Under the pieces are notes generated by a model, which saw nothing but the letters and a program-made list of their open reading frames with translations, searched no databases and was not told the DNA's origin. Below, piece after piece: positions 46,252-55,242 of a stretch of 64,000 bases of DNA. The stretch comes from Dehalococcoidia bacterium (GTDB lineage Bacteria > Chloroflexota > Dehalococcoidia > Lucifugimonadales > UBA2962). The stretch lies in the NCBI GenBank assembly GCA_965250195.1, contig OZ252295.1, positions 1,818,887 to 1,882,886 of the forward strand, given 5' to 3'. Every line of letters starts with the position of its first letter. Position 1 is the stretch's first letter. Both the position numbers and the translations under genes were made by a program.

Positions 46252-47325
46252 GTGAAAGTGGCGAGCCAGACAAGCGGTTACATGACCGGAAAAGTCCAGA
46301 CCGTGCTGGGGCCGATAGAACCCTCAGCAATGGGTGTGACGCTGACGCACGAACACATCCTGCTTGACCTCACCTGCTACTACGCCCAGCCCGACGAGGC
46401 CTCCCGCCGCTGGTACCACGACAAGCCGTTCACTATGGACATGGTGGGCAAAGCCAACACCCTGTGGTACGTCAACACCGACAACGGCCAGCTATTCGAC
46501 GAGGCCGATGCGACCCGTGCCATCGGCGATTACATGCTTGCCGGTGGCAACACCGTCGTCGACGTGACCAACTATGATATCGGCCGCGACCCGCTCGCGT
46601 TGGCTCGCATCTCCCGCGCCACGGGTCTGAACATCGTCATGGGCGCGGGCCACTACGTGCCGAAAGCCCACCCGGCCGACATGGACGAGCGGTCCGAAGA
46701 CGCAATTTACGAACGGTTTCTTCGGGACATAACCCTGGGTGTCGGAGACACTGGCGTAAAGACCGGAGTCATCGGCGAACTGGGCAACGTCTCGCCCATG
46801 ACTGAAAACCAGCGCAAAGTCCTGCGGGCGGCGGGACGCGCCCACGCCGAGACCGGCGCCCCCGTATCGATCCACCCCGGCCACCACGAAGACAGCCACA
46901 TGGAGATACTCGACGTACTCGATAAGGCGGGCTGCCCGCCCGGCAACGTCATCATGGGTCACCTGTGCTGGACCGTCGACGACTACGAAACGCTCAAGCG
47001 CCTAGCCGAAACGGGCTGCTACCTGGAATACGACGTAATCGGCTTCGAAGGCTCCGGCCTCGAATACCTGGGCGGGTTTTTGGATCCTCTCAGCGACGTA
47101 CAGCGCGTCGAGCACCTCGAGTTCCTCGTCGGTTCGGGTTATGGAGACCGCATACTCGTGGCGCAGGATGTGTGCATGAAGTGGTTTCGAGCCAGCCACG
47201 GCGGCAAGGGCTATGCCCACGTGTTGGAGAATATCGTCCCCCGATTGCGAGCCCGAGGCTGGACGCAGGCCCAATTAGACGACATGCTCATTCACAACCC
47301 GGCCAGGGCATTGGCGTTCGGCTAG
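46252..47325 (+). CDS. phosphotriesterase-homology protein (PHP-type), tandem copy 1
   Basis: GVTLTHEHILLD and VIGELGN motifs. An alternative start is ATG 46282 (MTGKVQTVLG...). Confidence 0.9.
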   Translation: MKVASQTSGYMTGKVQTVLGPIEPSAMGVTLTHEHILLDLTCYYAQPDEASRRWYHDKPFTMDMVGKANTLWYVNTDNGQLFDEADATRAIGDYMLAGGNTVVDVTNYDIGRDPLALARISRATGLNIVMGAGHYVPKAHPADMDERSEDAIYERFLRDITLGVGDTGVKTGVIGELGNVSPMTENQRKVLRAAGRAHAETGAPVSIHPGHHEDSHMEILDVLDKAGCPPGNVIMGHLCWTVDDYETLKRLAETGCYLEYDVIGFEGSGLEYLGGFLDPLSDVQRVEHLEFLVGSGYGDRILVAQDVCMKWFRASHGGKGYAHVLENIVPRLRARGWTQAQLDDMLIHNPARALAFG

Positions 47326-47351
47326 AGCCGGACGCACAAAGGGGGAAGAAG

Positions 47352-48404
47352 ATGACCACCATGACCGGAAAAGTCCAGACCGTGCTGGGTCCGATCGACC
47401 CCGCCGACATGGGCGTCACCATTACCCACGAGCACCTGGTCATCGACATGACCGGCTACTCATACCAGCCCGAGGAGGCGACCCTGCGCGCCCTCTGGGA
47501 CAAGCCCTACACCATGGACATGGTCGGCCAGTACGCCAAAGCCGTCTGGTTCAACCGCGACATCATGCAGCTGTACTCTGAGCAGGCGGCCATTGAAGAG
47601 GTCGAAAAATTCATGCTCGCCGGAGGCGGCACCGTCGTCGATACCACCAATTGGGATCTGGGCCGCAGCCCGGCGACGCTCGCCCGCATCTCCCGTGCCA
47701 CCGGCCTGCACATCGTCATGGGCGCGGGCCACTACGTTCCGCTCCTGCGCCCGGCCGACATGGACGGTCGCACCGAAGACTCCATCTATGAGCGCATCGT
47801 CGCCGACGTGACCGAGGGCGTTGGCGATACGGGCATCAAGTCCGGCGTCATTGGCGAGATCGGCAACGTCCACCCCCTCGACGACAACCAGACCAAAGCC
47901 CTGCGGGCGGCTGGCCGGGCCCATTTAGCAACCGGCGCTCCCATCTCCATCCACCCCGGCGGCGTCGACGAATCTCCCATGGCGATCCTGGAAGTGTTGG
48001 CCGAGTCCGGCGTCGACCTCGGTCGCGTCATCATGGGCCACCTCGACTTCGCCGTCCGCGATACGGGCGCCCTGGTGGCCATTGCCGAGACGGGCTGCGT
48101 TCTGGAGTACGACACGTTGGGCGCCGAGGACAGCGGCATGGACTACATGGGCACCGAGCTGCGCATGCCCACCGACGGCGAGCGCCTCGCAGCTCTCGAT
48201 TTTCTTGTCGAACGGGGCTACGAAGACCGCATAGTGCTGGCACAAGACGTGTGCTTCCAGCGCATGCACACCGCAACCGGTGGACATGGCTTCGCCCACA
48301 TCGTCGAGTCCATCGTGCCCCGTCTATTGGACCGGGGTTACAGTCGTGAACAAATCGAAAAATTCCTCGTACGCAACCCCGCCAAAGCCCTCGCGTACGC
48401 CTAG
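47352..48404 (+). CDS. phosphotriesterase-homology protein (PHP-type), tandem copy 2
   Basis: Start at ATG 47352 (MTTMTGKVQTVLGPIDP...) after gggggaag. GVTITHEHLVID and VIGEIGN motifs. The ORF-track 479-aa form reads through the upstream gene in another frame. Confidence 0.9.
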   Translation: MTTMTGKVQTVLGPIDPADMGVTITHEHLVIDMTGYSYQPEEATLRALWDKPYTMDMVGQYAKAVWFNRDIMQLYSEQAAIEEVEKFMLAGGGTVVDTTNWDLGRSPATLARISRATGLHIVMGAGHYVPLLRPADMDGRTEDSIYERIVADVTEGVGDTGIKSGVIGEIGNVHPLDDNQTKALRAAGRAHLATGAPISIHPGGVDESPMAILEVLAESGVDLGRVIMGHLDFAVRDTGALVAIAETGCVLEYDTLGAEDSGMDYMGTELRMPTDGERLAALDFLVERGYEDRIVLAQDVCFQRMHTATGGHGFAHIVESIVPRLLDRGYSREQIEKFLVRNPAKALAYA

Positions 48405-48427
48405 CGCGGGCACGAGGCTCGACCACC

Positions 48428-49483
48428 ATGCCATCTGACATGTCAGGAAGAATCCAGACCGTGCTGGGCCCGATAGACCCGTCCGAAATGGGCGTGACGC
48501 TAACGCACGAGCATCTGTTAATAGACCTCGCCGGCTACTCCGTGGACGTCGAAGAGGCGACGTTGCGCGGCCTGTGGGACAGGTCCTACACCATCGACAT
48601 GGTCGGCGAGTTCGCCACCAAGGGCTACGCCAACAAGGACGTGCTACAACTGCTCTCTGAGGAGACGGCAACACAGGAGGTCCGAGCCTTCATGCTCGCG
48701 GGCGGCGGCACCGTCGTCGACGCCACCAACTGGGACCTCGGCCGCGACCCTCTCGCGCTCGCCCGCATCTCCCGTTCGACCGGGCTTAACGTCGTGATAG
48801 GCTCCGGGCACTATGTCCCCTCGTTCCGGCCCCCGGACATGGCCGAGCGCTCCGAAGACTCCATAACCGAGCGCATAATCGGCGACGTTAAACAGGGCGT
48901 CGGTGACACGGGGATAAGGGCGGGCTTGATCGGCGAGATCGGCAACATCCACCCGTCCGACGACGACCAGCGCAAGGTGCTCCGCGCCGCCGCCCACGCC
49001 CAGCGGGCCACCGGTGCCACCATCCTGATCCACCCCGGCATCGACGATACGTCGGCCTCAGAAATACTGGAAGTCCTGTCCAAAGCAGGGGCCGACCTAA
49101 CGCGCGTCATCATGGGCCACCTCGACTACTCCGTACGTGACCCGGCTCATCTCAAGGCCGTTGCCGAGACCGGTTGCTACCTGGAATACGACACCTTCGG
49201 CATGGAGCCCACCGGCCTCATCGAGTGGGGTCGCGAGGTGCCCATCCCCAGTGACGCCGAGCGCATCGACACCCTCGAATTTCTCATCGATGCCGGTTAC
49301 GGCGATCGCATTCTGCTCGCGCAAGACGTGTGTCTCAAGTACATGCAGTCAGTCACCGGCGGCCACGGCTTCGCCCACGTCGTCGAATCCATAGCGCCCC
49401 GAATGAGCGCGCGCGGTTTCACACCCGAGCACATCGAGGGCTTCCTGGTGACGAACCCGGCCAGCGCGATAGCTTTCGTCTAG
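48428..49483 (+). CDS. phosphotriesterase-homology protein (PHP-type), tandem copy 3
   Basis: 351 aa. GVTLTHEHLLID and LIGEIGN motifs. Confidence 0.9.
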   Translation: MPSDMSGRIQTVLGPIDPSEMGVTLTHEHLLIDLAGYSVDVEEATLRGLWDRSYTIDMVGEFATKGYANKDVLQLLSEETATQEVRAFMLAGGGTVVDATNWDLGRDPLALARISRSTGLNVVIGSGHYVPSFRPPDMAERSEDSITERIIGDVKQGVGDTGIRAGLIGEIGNIHPSDDDQRKVLRAAAHAQRATGATILIHPGIDDTSASEILEVLSKAGADLTRVIMGHLDYSVRDPAHLKAVAETGCYLEYDTFGMEPTGLIEWGREVPIPSDAERIDTLEFLIDAGYGDRILLAQDVCLKYMQSVTGGHGFAHVVESIAPRMSARGFTPEHIEGFLVTNPASAIAFV

Positions 49484-49935
49484 CCGGGACCCCGTTGCCG
49501 GGACTGGGGCTTACGCCTCCGCGCCGAAGTAGACAAAGCCCAGCTCCTCGATCTCCTACAAGTAGTCCAAACCGGCCTGGCGGAGTAGTTCACCCCGGCA
49601 CCCCTCAGCACCGGTTCGTCCGGATCCGCGTGAGTGTTCCGTGAGTCGCAGTCGATACGATTTAGCTGCGCTGATTAAATTTACCTGTCCGTTAGTCATC
49701 ATTGCGGCTTCACTCCATCGAACTTGTCTGTCGTGCGGCTCTGGTCACATCTTCAAAACTGTTCCTGGGACAGTCAGTACTTTCGCATGCCAAAAGTGTG
49801 ATTTGGTTTTCCACGGATCCAAACTCTTTGGGCTTCGATTGGCATTCAGGAGGCGCGTTCGATCAGGGCTACAGACGCCAAACCCATCCGGCTGATGGAG
49901 ATACTTACCAGGCGGATTGACCGGGTTCTTCGTAC

Positions 49936-52900
49936 CTAACGCCAGTCGTGTGCCACCGGTAGCGGGCCGACCGGGGCTCGCACCGCTTCGGCGTGGGTGA
50001 GCATGATGTTCATCGTGCTCTCTCGCCGGGAGACCTTGCCCTGCACCAGTAGCACCGGCTCGCGGATGGCGTGGCGCAGCCGCTTGTAGGTGTCGGGGAA
50101 CATCATCACCGGGATGTGCCCGTACTCGTCCTCCAGCGTCAGGAAGATCGCCTTGCCCGACGGGTGCTGCCGCCGGATCACCCGCCCCGCCGCCAGCACC
50201 TCGATGCCGTCGCCCACGAACTCCAGCTCGTCCGACCGCACGACTCCGGGGGGCAGTAGTTCTCGAACCAGCTCCATCAAGTGCCCGCGCGGGTAAATGT
50301 CCATCACCGCGTACTCCCCGGCCATCTCCTCCCACTCATCGAGCGGGGTGAGCGCCGCCATGTCCTGGCTGACAGGCAGGGCGAGCGCCTGCTGCGAGCC
50401 CACCGGCCGATAGCGCAGGCCGATCTCCCACATCACCTCCCGCCGGTCCCGGTGCAGCGCATCGAACGCGCCTGCATACGCCAGCCCCTCCAGCGGCTCC
50501 CGACGCAGCCCTGTGCGCCGCATGAAGTCGCCGATGTCCCTGAACTGGCCGCCGGTCTGCCGGGCCGCCAGAACCTTGTCCGCCTCGGCCGAGCCCACGT
50601 TCTTGACGTTGCGCAGGCCCACCAGTAAGCGTTCTCTATGTATTACCGAGATGTCCGTGCTCAGGTTCGCGTCCGGGTTGAGCACCGTGACCCCGTGGCG
50701 GCGGGCGTCCTCCTTCAGCGACTCGATGGAGTAAAACCCCATCGGCTGCTGGTTATACAGCCCGACGTAGAACTCCAGCGGGTAGTAATGCTTCAGCCAC
50801 GACATGTGGTACGCCGTAATGCCGAAGGCGAAGGCGTGCGCCTCCGGGAACATATATTCCCCGTTGAACTTTTCGAAAATCTTCAGCGCCACACTCTCCC
50901 GCACCCCCCGCTCGTCCGCGCCGGACACGAACTGCTCCCTGAACCCCTGGATCTGCTCCTGCGTGCCCCGGCTCGTGAACGTGCGCCGAAACGTCCGCCG
51001 CAGCCGGTCCGCCTCCACTGGCGACAGCCCGGCCACGTCCATCGCCAGCTGGTTCACCTGGTCCTGGAACAAAATTATGCCCAAAGTCCGTTCCAGGGCT
51101 TTCTCTTCCAGCGGGTGGTCGTAGTCCCAGCGTCTGGGTGGCGGTGTTTTCCCCTCCGCCAGCACCTTCTCCGCATCCCTCTCCTCGATGTGGCGCTGCA
51201 CGAACGTGCTCACCCCACCGTTCACGCCGACGCCCGGGCGCACGGCGGCCACCTCGTACGCCATTTCTGTCAGATTACGGGGTCGGATGCGGGTGATCGT
51301 CTGCATCTGCGCCGCCGACTCGATCTGAAATATGCCGACGGTGTCCGCTCTATGCATGTCGGCATAGACCGCCTCGTCCTCGAAGTCGACCCGACTCAGG
51401 TCGATGTACTCCCCCGTGCGCTCCTCTATCAGCGCCAGCGCGTCCTGCATCTGCGATAGCGCGCCCAATGCCAAAAAGTCGATCTTTACGAATTGCGCAT
51501 CGTCCGCGCTGTCCTTGTCCCACTGGCACACGAACCGCCCCTCCATGGCGCTGGGTATCACCGGGACGATATCCATCAGCGAGCGCGAGTCCAGCACCAT
51601 GCCGCCGGGGTGCTGCGCCAGGTATTTTGGGAAATTCACAAGCTGCCCGGAGAGGTCCGCTATCTCTCGCCACACCGGTGACGACGTCCGGTCCCTGAAC
51701 GCCGGTAGCTCCGCCATCTGCTCCGCCAGCGAGTTGAAGTGCCGCCAGTCGATTTGCTTGGCCAGCTTGTCCAGGTCCTCCCCAGGCACTCCAAACGCGC
51801 TACCCAGATCGCGTACCACCCCGCGCGGCTTATAGGTGGAGATCATGCCCGTCAGCACCGCGCGCTTGGGTCCCCATTCCCGCTGCACCCGGACGATCAA
51901 TTCCTCCCTGATGTTTCGCGGAAAATCCAGGTCGATATCGGGGATCACCCCGTCCATTGCCTCGTCCGGCATGAACCGGCTCAGGCTCAGCCCGAACTTG
52001 AGCGGGTCCATATGGGAGATGCCGATCAGGTACCCGATCAGCATCGCCACCGACGACCCCCTGCCCCTGCCCGGCGCCCGTTCTTCCAGCGGTATCTCGG
52101 GCTCGGACAGCCCCAGCTCAATCATCACCTCGCGCGCCATCTTCACCAGGTCGTAGTAGATGAGAAAGAACCCCGCCAGTCCGTGCCGATCTATCAGCCC
52201 CAGCTCCTCTTCCATCCGCTCGGCGACAGTCTGCTTCCCGGCGCCCTTAATGTCGTAGCGGAAATCGAGCGACCCATAGCGCCTCAATGCGGCATCGCGG
52301 CAGACCTTCGCAAGCCAGGATTGCGCCGTATGCCCCTCGGGCACCGGATGGTCGGGGAACGTGTAGCCCAGGTCCGCCCGCAGGTCGAAGCTGCACCGCT
52401 CGGCAATACGCATCGTGTTGCTAATGGCCTCGGGGCACCAGTGGAACAGCCGTACCATCTCGGCCGGTGACTTCATGTAGAACTGCGAATTCGGCCGTCG
52501 CTCCCTGTGCGTCTGCTCCAGCGTCGAGTTGCTCTTTATCGCCACCAGCGCGTCGTTCAGCCGATGCCGATCCCGCACGTGGTAGTGCACGTTATTGGTG
52601 GCGACGACGCCAATATCTGCTTGCGTAGCAAGCGTTGCCAGGCGTCGGTTGCGGGCCTTGTCCCCGTAGACCAGATTCTGTTGCAGTTCTACGAACACGC
52701 CGTCCCTGCCGAAGCTGCTCCGGTACCCGTCGAGCAGCGCCCTCGCCTCCCCCAGCCGTCCCTTTACAACAGCCATCGACAGCGGCGATTTGCGACAGCC
52801 GGTGAGCAAAATCAGGCCCTCTGTAGGTTGTGGTGACAAGGCATGTTGGGAGAAATGCGCCGGGTCCAGCTCCGGCTCTCGCCGCCGCTCGTCCCGCCAA

Positions 52901-53226
52901 TCCGGCGTGCCATCGCAGCCGTGAGCCAGCGAAATCAGGTTGCACAGGTTGGCGTAGCCCGTCCGGCTCTCCGCCAACAGCGTCACGTGCCCGCCGCCCG
53001 TCAGCGTCAGCTCCGCCCCGGTAATGCCCTTAAGGCCTCGCTTCCTCGCCGCCTTGGCGAACTCCATCGCCCCGCACACGTTGTCGTGATCGGTAATCGC
53101 CAGCGCCCGGTAGCCCAGTTCGACGGCCCGCTCCACCAGTTCATGCGTCCAGGACGCCCCCTCCTGGAACGAGTAGTTCGTATGGCAATGAAGCTCGGCA
53201 TAAGAAGGGGTGAGCTTGACAGTCAT
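49936..53226 (-). CDS. dnaE2: error-prone DNA polymerase III alpha-like (DnaE2/ImuC)
   Basis: 1096 aa. N-terminal PHP domain (ELHCHTNYSF...ITDHDN). The length and architecture fit DnaE2 rather than replicative DnaE. Confidence 0.9.
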   Translation of the reverse strand: MTVKLTPSYAELHCHTNYSFQEGASWTHELVERAVELGYRALAITDHDNVCGAMEFAKAARKRGLKGITGAELTLTGGGHVTLLAESRTGYANLCNLISLAHGCDGTPDWRDERRREPELDPAHFSQHALSPQPTEGLILLTGCRKSPLSMAVVKGRLGEARALLDGYRSSFGRDGVFVELQQNLVYGDKARNRRLATLATQADIGVVATNNVHYHVRDRHRLNDALVAIKSNSTLEQTHRERRPNSQFYMKSPAEMVRLFHWCPEAISNTMRIAERCSFDLRADLGYTFPDHPVPEGHTAQSWLAKVCRDAALRRYGSLDFRYDIKGAGKQTVAERMEEELGLIDRHGLAGFFLIYYDLVKMAREVMIELGLSEPEIPLEERAPGRGRGSSVAMLIGYLIGISHMDPLKFGLSLSRFMPDEAMDGVIPDIDLDFPRNIREELIVRVQREWGPKRAVLTGMISTYKPRGVVRDLGSAFGVPGEDLDKLAKQIDWRHFNSLAEQMAELPAFRDRTSSPVWREIADLSGQLVNFPKYLAQHPGGMVLDSRSLMDIVPVIPSAMEGRFVCQWDKDSADDAQFVKIDFLALGALSQMQDALALIEERTGEYIDLSRVDFEDEAVYADMHRADTVGIFQIESAAQMQTITRIRPRNLTEMAYEVAAVRPGVGVNGGVSTFVQRHIEERDAEKVLAEGKTPPPRRWDYDHPLEEKALERTLGIILFQDQVNQLAMDVAGLSPVEADRLRRTFRRTFTSRGTQEQIQGFREQFVSGADERGVRESVALKIFEKFNGEYMFPEAHAFAFGITAYHMSWLKHYYPLEFYVGLYNQQPMGFYSIESLKEDARRHGVTVLNPDANLSTDISVIHRERLLVGLRNVKNVGSAEADKVLAARQTGGQFRDIGDFMRRTGLRREPLEGLAYAGAFDALHRDRREVMWEIGLRYRPVGSQQALALPVSQDMAALTPLDEWEEMAGEYAVMDIYPRGHLMELVRELLPPGVVRSDELEFVGDGIEVLAAGRVIRRQHPSGKAIFLTLEDEYGHIPVMMFPDTYKRLRHAIREPVLLVQGKVSRRESTMNIMLTHAEAVRAPVGPLPVAHDWR

Positions 53227-53271
53227 GGTTTAAGCACTACTGTGGGGCGAACATTGTTGGAGGAGGAAATT

Positions 53272-53673
53272 ATGTCCGAGCAGAACAAAGCGGCGGTGAG
53301 GAAGTACTATGAGGCGCTCGATGCCGGTGACGAGGCCGGGATGGCGAGCGTCCTGGCCGATGACTTCAAGGCCGACTTCATGGGCGGGGAGTTCGACAAG
53401 GCCGGCTACGTTGGGATGGCCATGGGGTTCGGGATCGCGGTTCCCGATCTCAAGCACGTGCTGGGCGAGCAGGTCGCCGAGGGCGACACCGTCATCACCC
53501 CGCTGGTCGCCACCGGCAGCCAGCAGGGCGAGTTGATGGGCATGCCCGCCTCCGGTAAGAGCTTCGATCTCGTTGGCATCGATACCCACCACCTCTCCGG
53601 CGGCAAGATTGTCTACCACACCGCCATCTTCGACGGCGGCCCCGGCGTGTTCATCAGCCAGATCCAGGCTTAG
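53272..53673 (+). CDS. SnoaL-like / ester-cyclase family protein
   Basis: 133 aa from ATG 53272 (MSEQNKAAVRKYYEALD...) after aggagga. Paralog of 35506..35916. Confidence 0.8.
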   Translation: MSEQNKAAVRKYYEALDAGDEAGMASVLADDFKADFMGGEFDKAGYVGMAMGFGIAVPDLKHVLGEQVAEGDTVITPLVATGSQQGELMGMPASGKSFDLVGIDTHHLSGGKIVYHTAIFDGGPGVFISQIQA

Positions 53674-53675
53674 TT

Positions 53676-53733
53676 GTTCTCCGCAGGGCAGGGCCGTGCT
53701 CGTCAGTGCTTCTTCGGCTAATCGCCTCACCGC
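53676..53733 (-). repeat. conserved leader element, copy E (orphan, no downstream gene)
   Basis: Sense sequence: gcggtgaggcgattagccgaagaagcactgacgagcacggccctgccctgcggagaac. 32/38 match to the A/D core. Overlaps the VOC stop codon. Downstream sequence is antisense to the SnoaL-like gene. Confidence 0.75.
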
Positions 53734-54128
53734 AGGTCCGGCGTGTATGTAATCCCTATGAGGAGCCCCTCCGGCGACAGCAACCGGGCCGTCGTCTGGC
53801 CCCAGGGCTCGGTCTTCGGCTCCTGCAAAAGCTGGAGCCCCTTCGCCTTCAGCTCTGTCGCCGCGGCCTCCACGTCGTCCACCTCTAGCTCGATAGTCGC
53901 TTGCGGTCGGGGCACATCGGCGGGCCACTCGTCCGTCCCGAACGTGCTGCGGGCGGCGTCGGTGAGCGTCCACAGCCCGAAGTGCTTGACCCCATCGACC
54001 TGCGCCACGGCGTATTCGGTACCGGGCTCCGGCTTGAGCGACAGGGACAGGGCGTCCCCATAGAACCGCCTCGCCGACTCTGCATCTGGCACGATAGGGG
54101 ACACCCCCGCCACAAACTGAACTTCCAT
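53727..54128 (-). CDS. VOC (glyoxalase/bleomycin-resistance/dioxygenase) family protein
   Basis: 133 aa from ATG 54128 (MEVQFVAGVSPIVPDAESARRFY...). The in-frame upstream ATG 54176 lies inside leader copy D and would add MSRRSPDERASRGEFF. Confidence 0.8.
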   Translation of the reverse strand: MEVQFVAGVSPIVPDAESARRFYGDALSLSLKPEPGTEYAVAQVDGVKHFGLWTLTDAARSTFGTDEWPADVPRPQATIELEVDDVEAAATELKAKGLQLLQEPKTEPWGQTTARLLSPEGLLIGITYTPDLR

Positions 54129-54134
54129 AAAAAA

Positions 54135-54196
54135 CTCTCCGCGCGAAGCGCGCTCGTCAGGGCTTCTTCGGCTCATGGCCTCATCGCTCTTGCAAT
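54135..54196 (-). repeat. conserved leader element, copy D
   Basis: Sense sequence: attgcaagagcgatgaggccatgagccgaagaagccctgacgagcgcgcttcgcgcggagag, followed by ttttttATG. Confidence 0.85.
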
Positions 54197-54405
54197 TAAC
54201 CGAGATTGGCTTGCAAGCCATCGGAGGTTCTTAGGAGGCGTGAACCCCCTACGTGAGGTTTGGGGGCCAGCCCCCAAAAAGCCCAATGGGGCAAGAACCC
54301 GAAGTATAGCACAAACGTTCTGTTAGACGGAATGGGCCCGGACCGCACCCCGGCCCCTGCATCCCAAGTAAGGGCCCCGCATCCAAAGGAGCGAGGGAGA
54401 CAACC

Positions 54406-54750
54406 ATGCTCAACCCGTTGAAAAAAACCAAAAACAGAGGCCCGAAGGGCAAAACGAGAGCCGTCGCAGGCGGCGTCACCATCGCCGAGAGCGACGAGAC
54501 CATCGACATGGCGGGCGTCACCTACTTCCCCTTCAGCGCCATCAAGCGCCAGTACTTCACCCATTCAGACCTCCGCACCACCTGCGTCTACAAGGGCGAG
54601 GCCAGCTACTACGACATCACCGTAAACGGCCAGACCAGGCCCGACCGCGCCTGGTACTACCCCGAAACCAAGCCCGCTTATCGGCACATCAAGGGCTACG
54701 TAGCGTTCTACGGCCCCCGCCAAAACGGCGTCGAAATAGTTCCCGCCTAA
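54406..54750 (+). CDS. DUF427-like protein
   Basis: 114 aa. YFP....T.C.YKG.A.YY pattern recalled as typical of DUF427. Confidence 0.75.
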   Translation: MLNPLKKTKNRGPKGKTRAVAGGVTIAESDETIDMAGVTYFPFSAIKRQYFTHSDLRTTCVYKGEASYYDITVNGQTRPDRAWYYPETKPAYRHIKGYVAFYGPRQNGVEIVPA

Positions 54751-55238
54751 AGGGCCAGTTCAAGCCAGAGTTGGCGGCCGCCCTTCATCTCGGACACGGG
54801 CCTGCCGCCGGACCTGAATCCGTATCGCTCATAGAGAGCGAGCGCCCTGACGTTGCGCTCGTTCGTATCCAGCGTCACAACCGAGCAGCCCCGCGCCCGT
54901 GCCCGGTCGATGGCCGTCTCCACCAGCTGCGCGCCCAGGCCCTGCCGTCGTACGTGCTCGGCCACGAACAGATCTTCGATATAGGCCTCCTCACCGGGAG
55001 CCCAGATATTGCGACGGTAGCGAAGCTGCAGGAGCCCCGCGCAGCGCTCGCCGTCGTCCCCTTCGGAGGCCACCAGAAACTCCGCGTCCGCATCGTCGAG
55101 AAGAGGCGGAATGCGTGCGGCGAACTCGGCCTCCGACGGCCCGTCATAGCCCAACTCACGGCGAAAGGCGTCCGCCATTACGGCCATGCAGGGCACATCC
55201 GCAGGCCCGCCCGACCTAATCTCGAACTGAGTCACCAC
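54747..55238 (-). CDS. GNAT-family N-acetyltransferase
   Basis: Start set at GTG 55238 (VVTQFEIRSGGPADV...), by alignment with the upstream paralog's N-terminus MPNGDFEVRVGGRDDV. RRQGLGAQLV motif. Confidence 0.8.
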   Translation of the reverse strand: MVTQFEIRSGGPADVPCMAVMADAFRRELGYDGPSEAEFAARIPPLLDDADAEFLVASEGDDGERCAGLLQLRYRRNIWAPGEEAYIEDLFVAEHVRRQGLGAQLVETAIDRARARGCSVVTLDTNERNVRALALYERYGFRSGGRPVSEMKGGRQLWLELAL

Positions 55239-55242
55239 TGGT

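Noticed and set aside
49640-49935. Low-GC island considered as tmRNA, SRP RNA, 6S RNA or RNase P RNA.
   Set aside because: None of the conserved cores I know is present on either strand: the tRNA-like GGTTCGA..CCA end with a tag ORF, the SRP GGAA/AGCA domain IV motif, or the RNase P GGAAAGTCCGG motif.
53248-53260. CGAACATTGTTGG upstream of dnaE2 considered as a LexA box.
   Set aside because: Only one half-site (CGAAC) matches. The second half reads TTGG instead of GTTC at N4 spacing, and no alternative register gives a palindrome.
53676-54196. Leader copies flanking the VOC gene considered as integron attC-like sites or MITE ends.
   Set aside because: There are no R''/R' (RYYYAAC/GTTRRRY) boundaries and no internal imperfect palindrome or terminal inverted repeats. 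No integrase or transposase is in the window. Copies A-D sit upstream of genes and supply the SD, unlike attC.
54259-54279. TTTGGGGG-CCAG-CCCCCAAA hairpin considered as a bidirectional terminator.
   Set aside because: On both strands the stem is followed by an A-run rather than a T-run, and it lies in a divergent promoter region where no transcript needs terminating. It is kept only as a structural curiosity.
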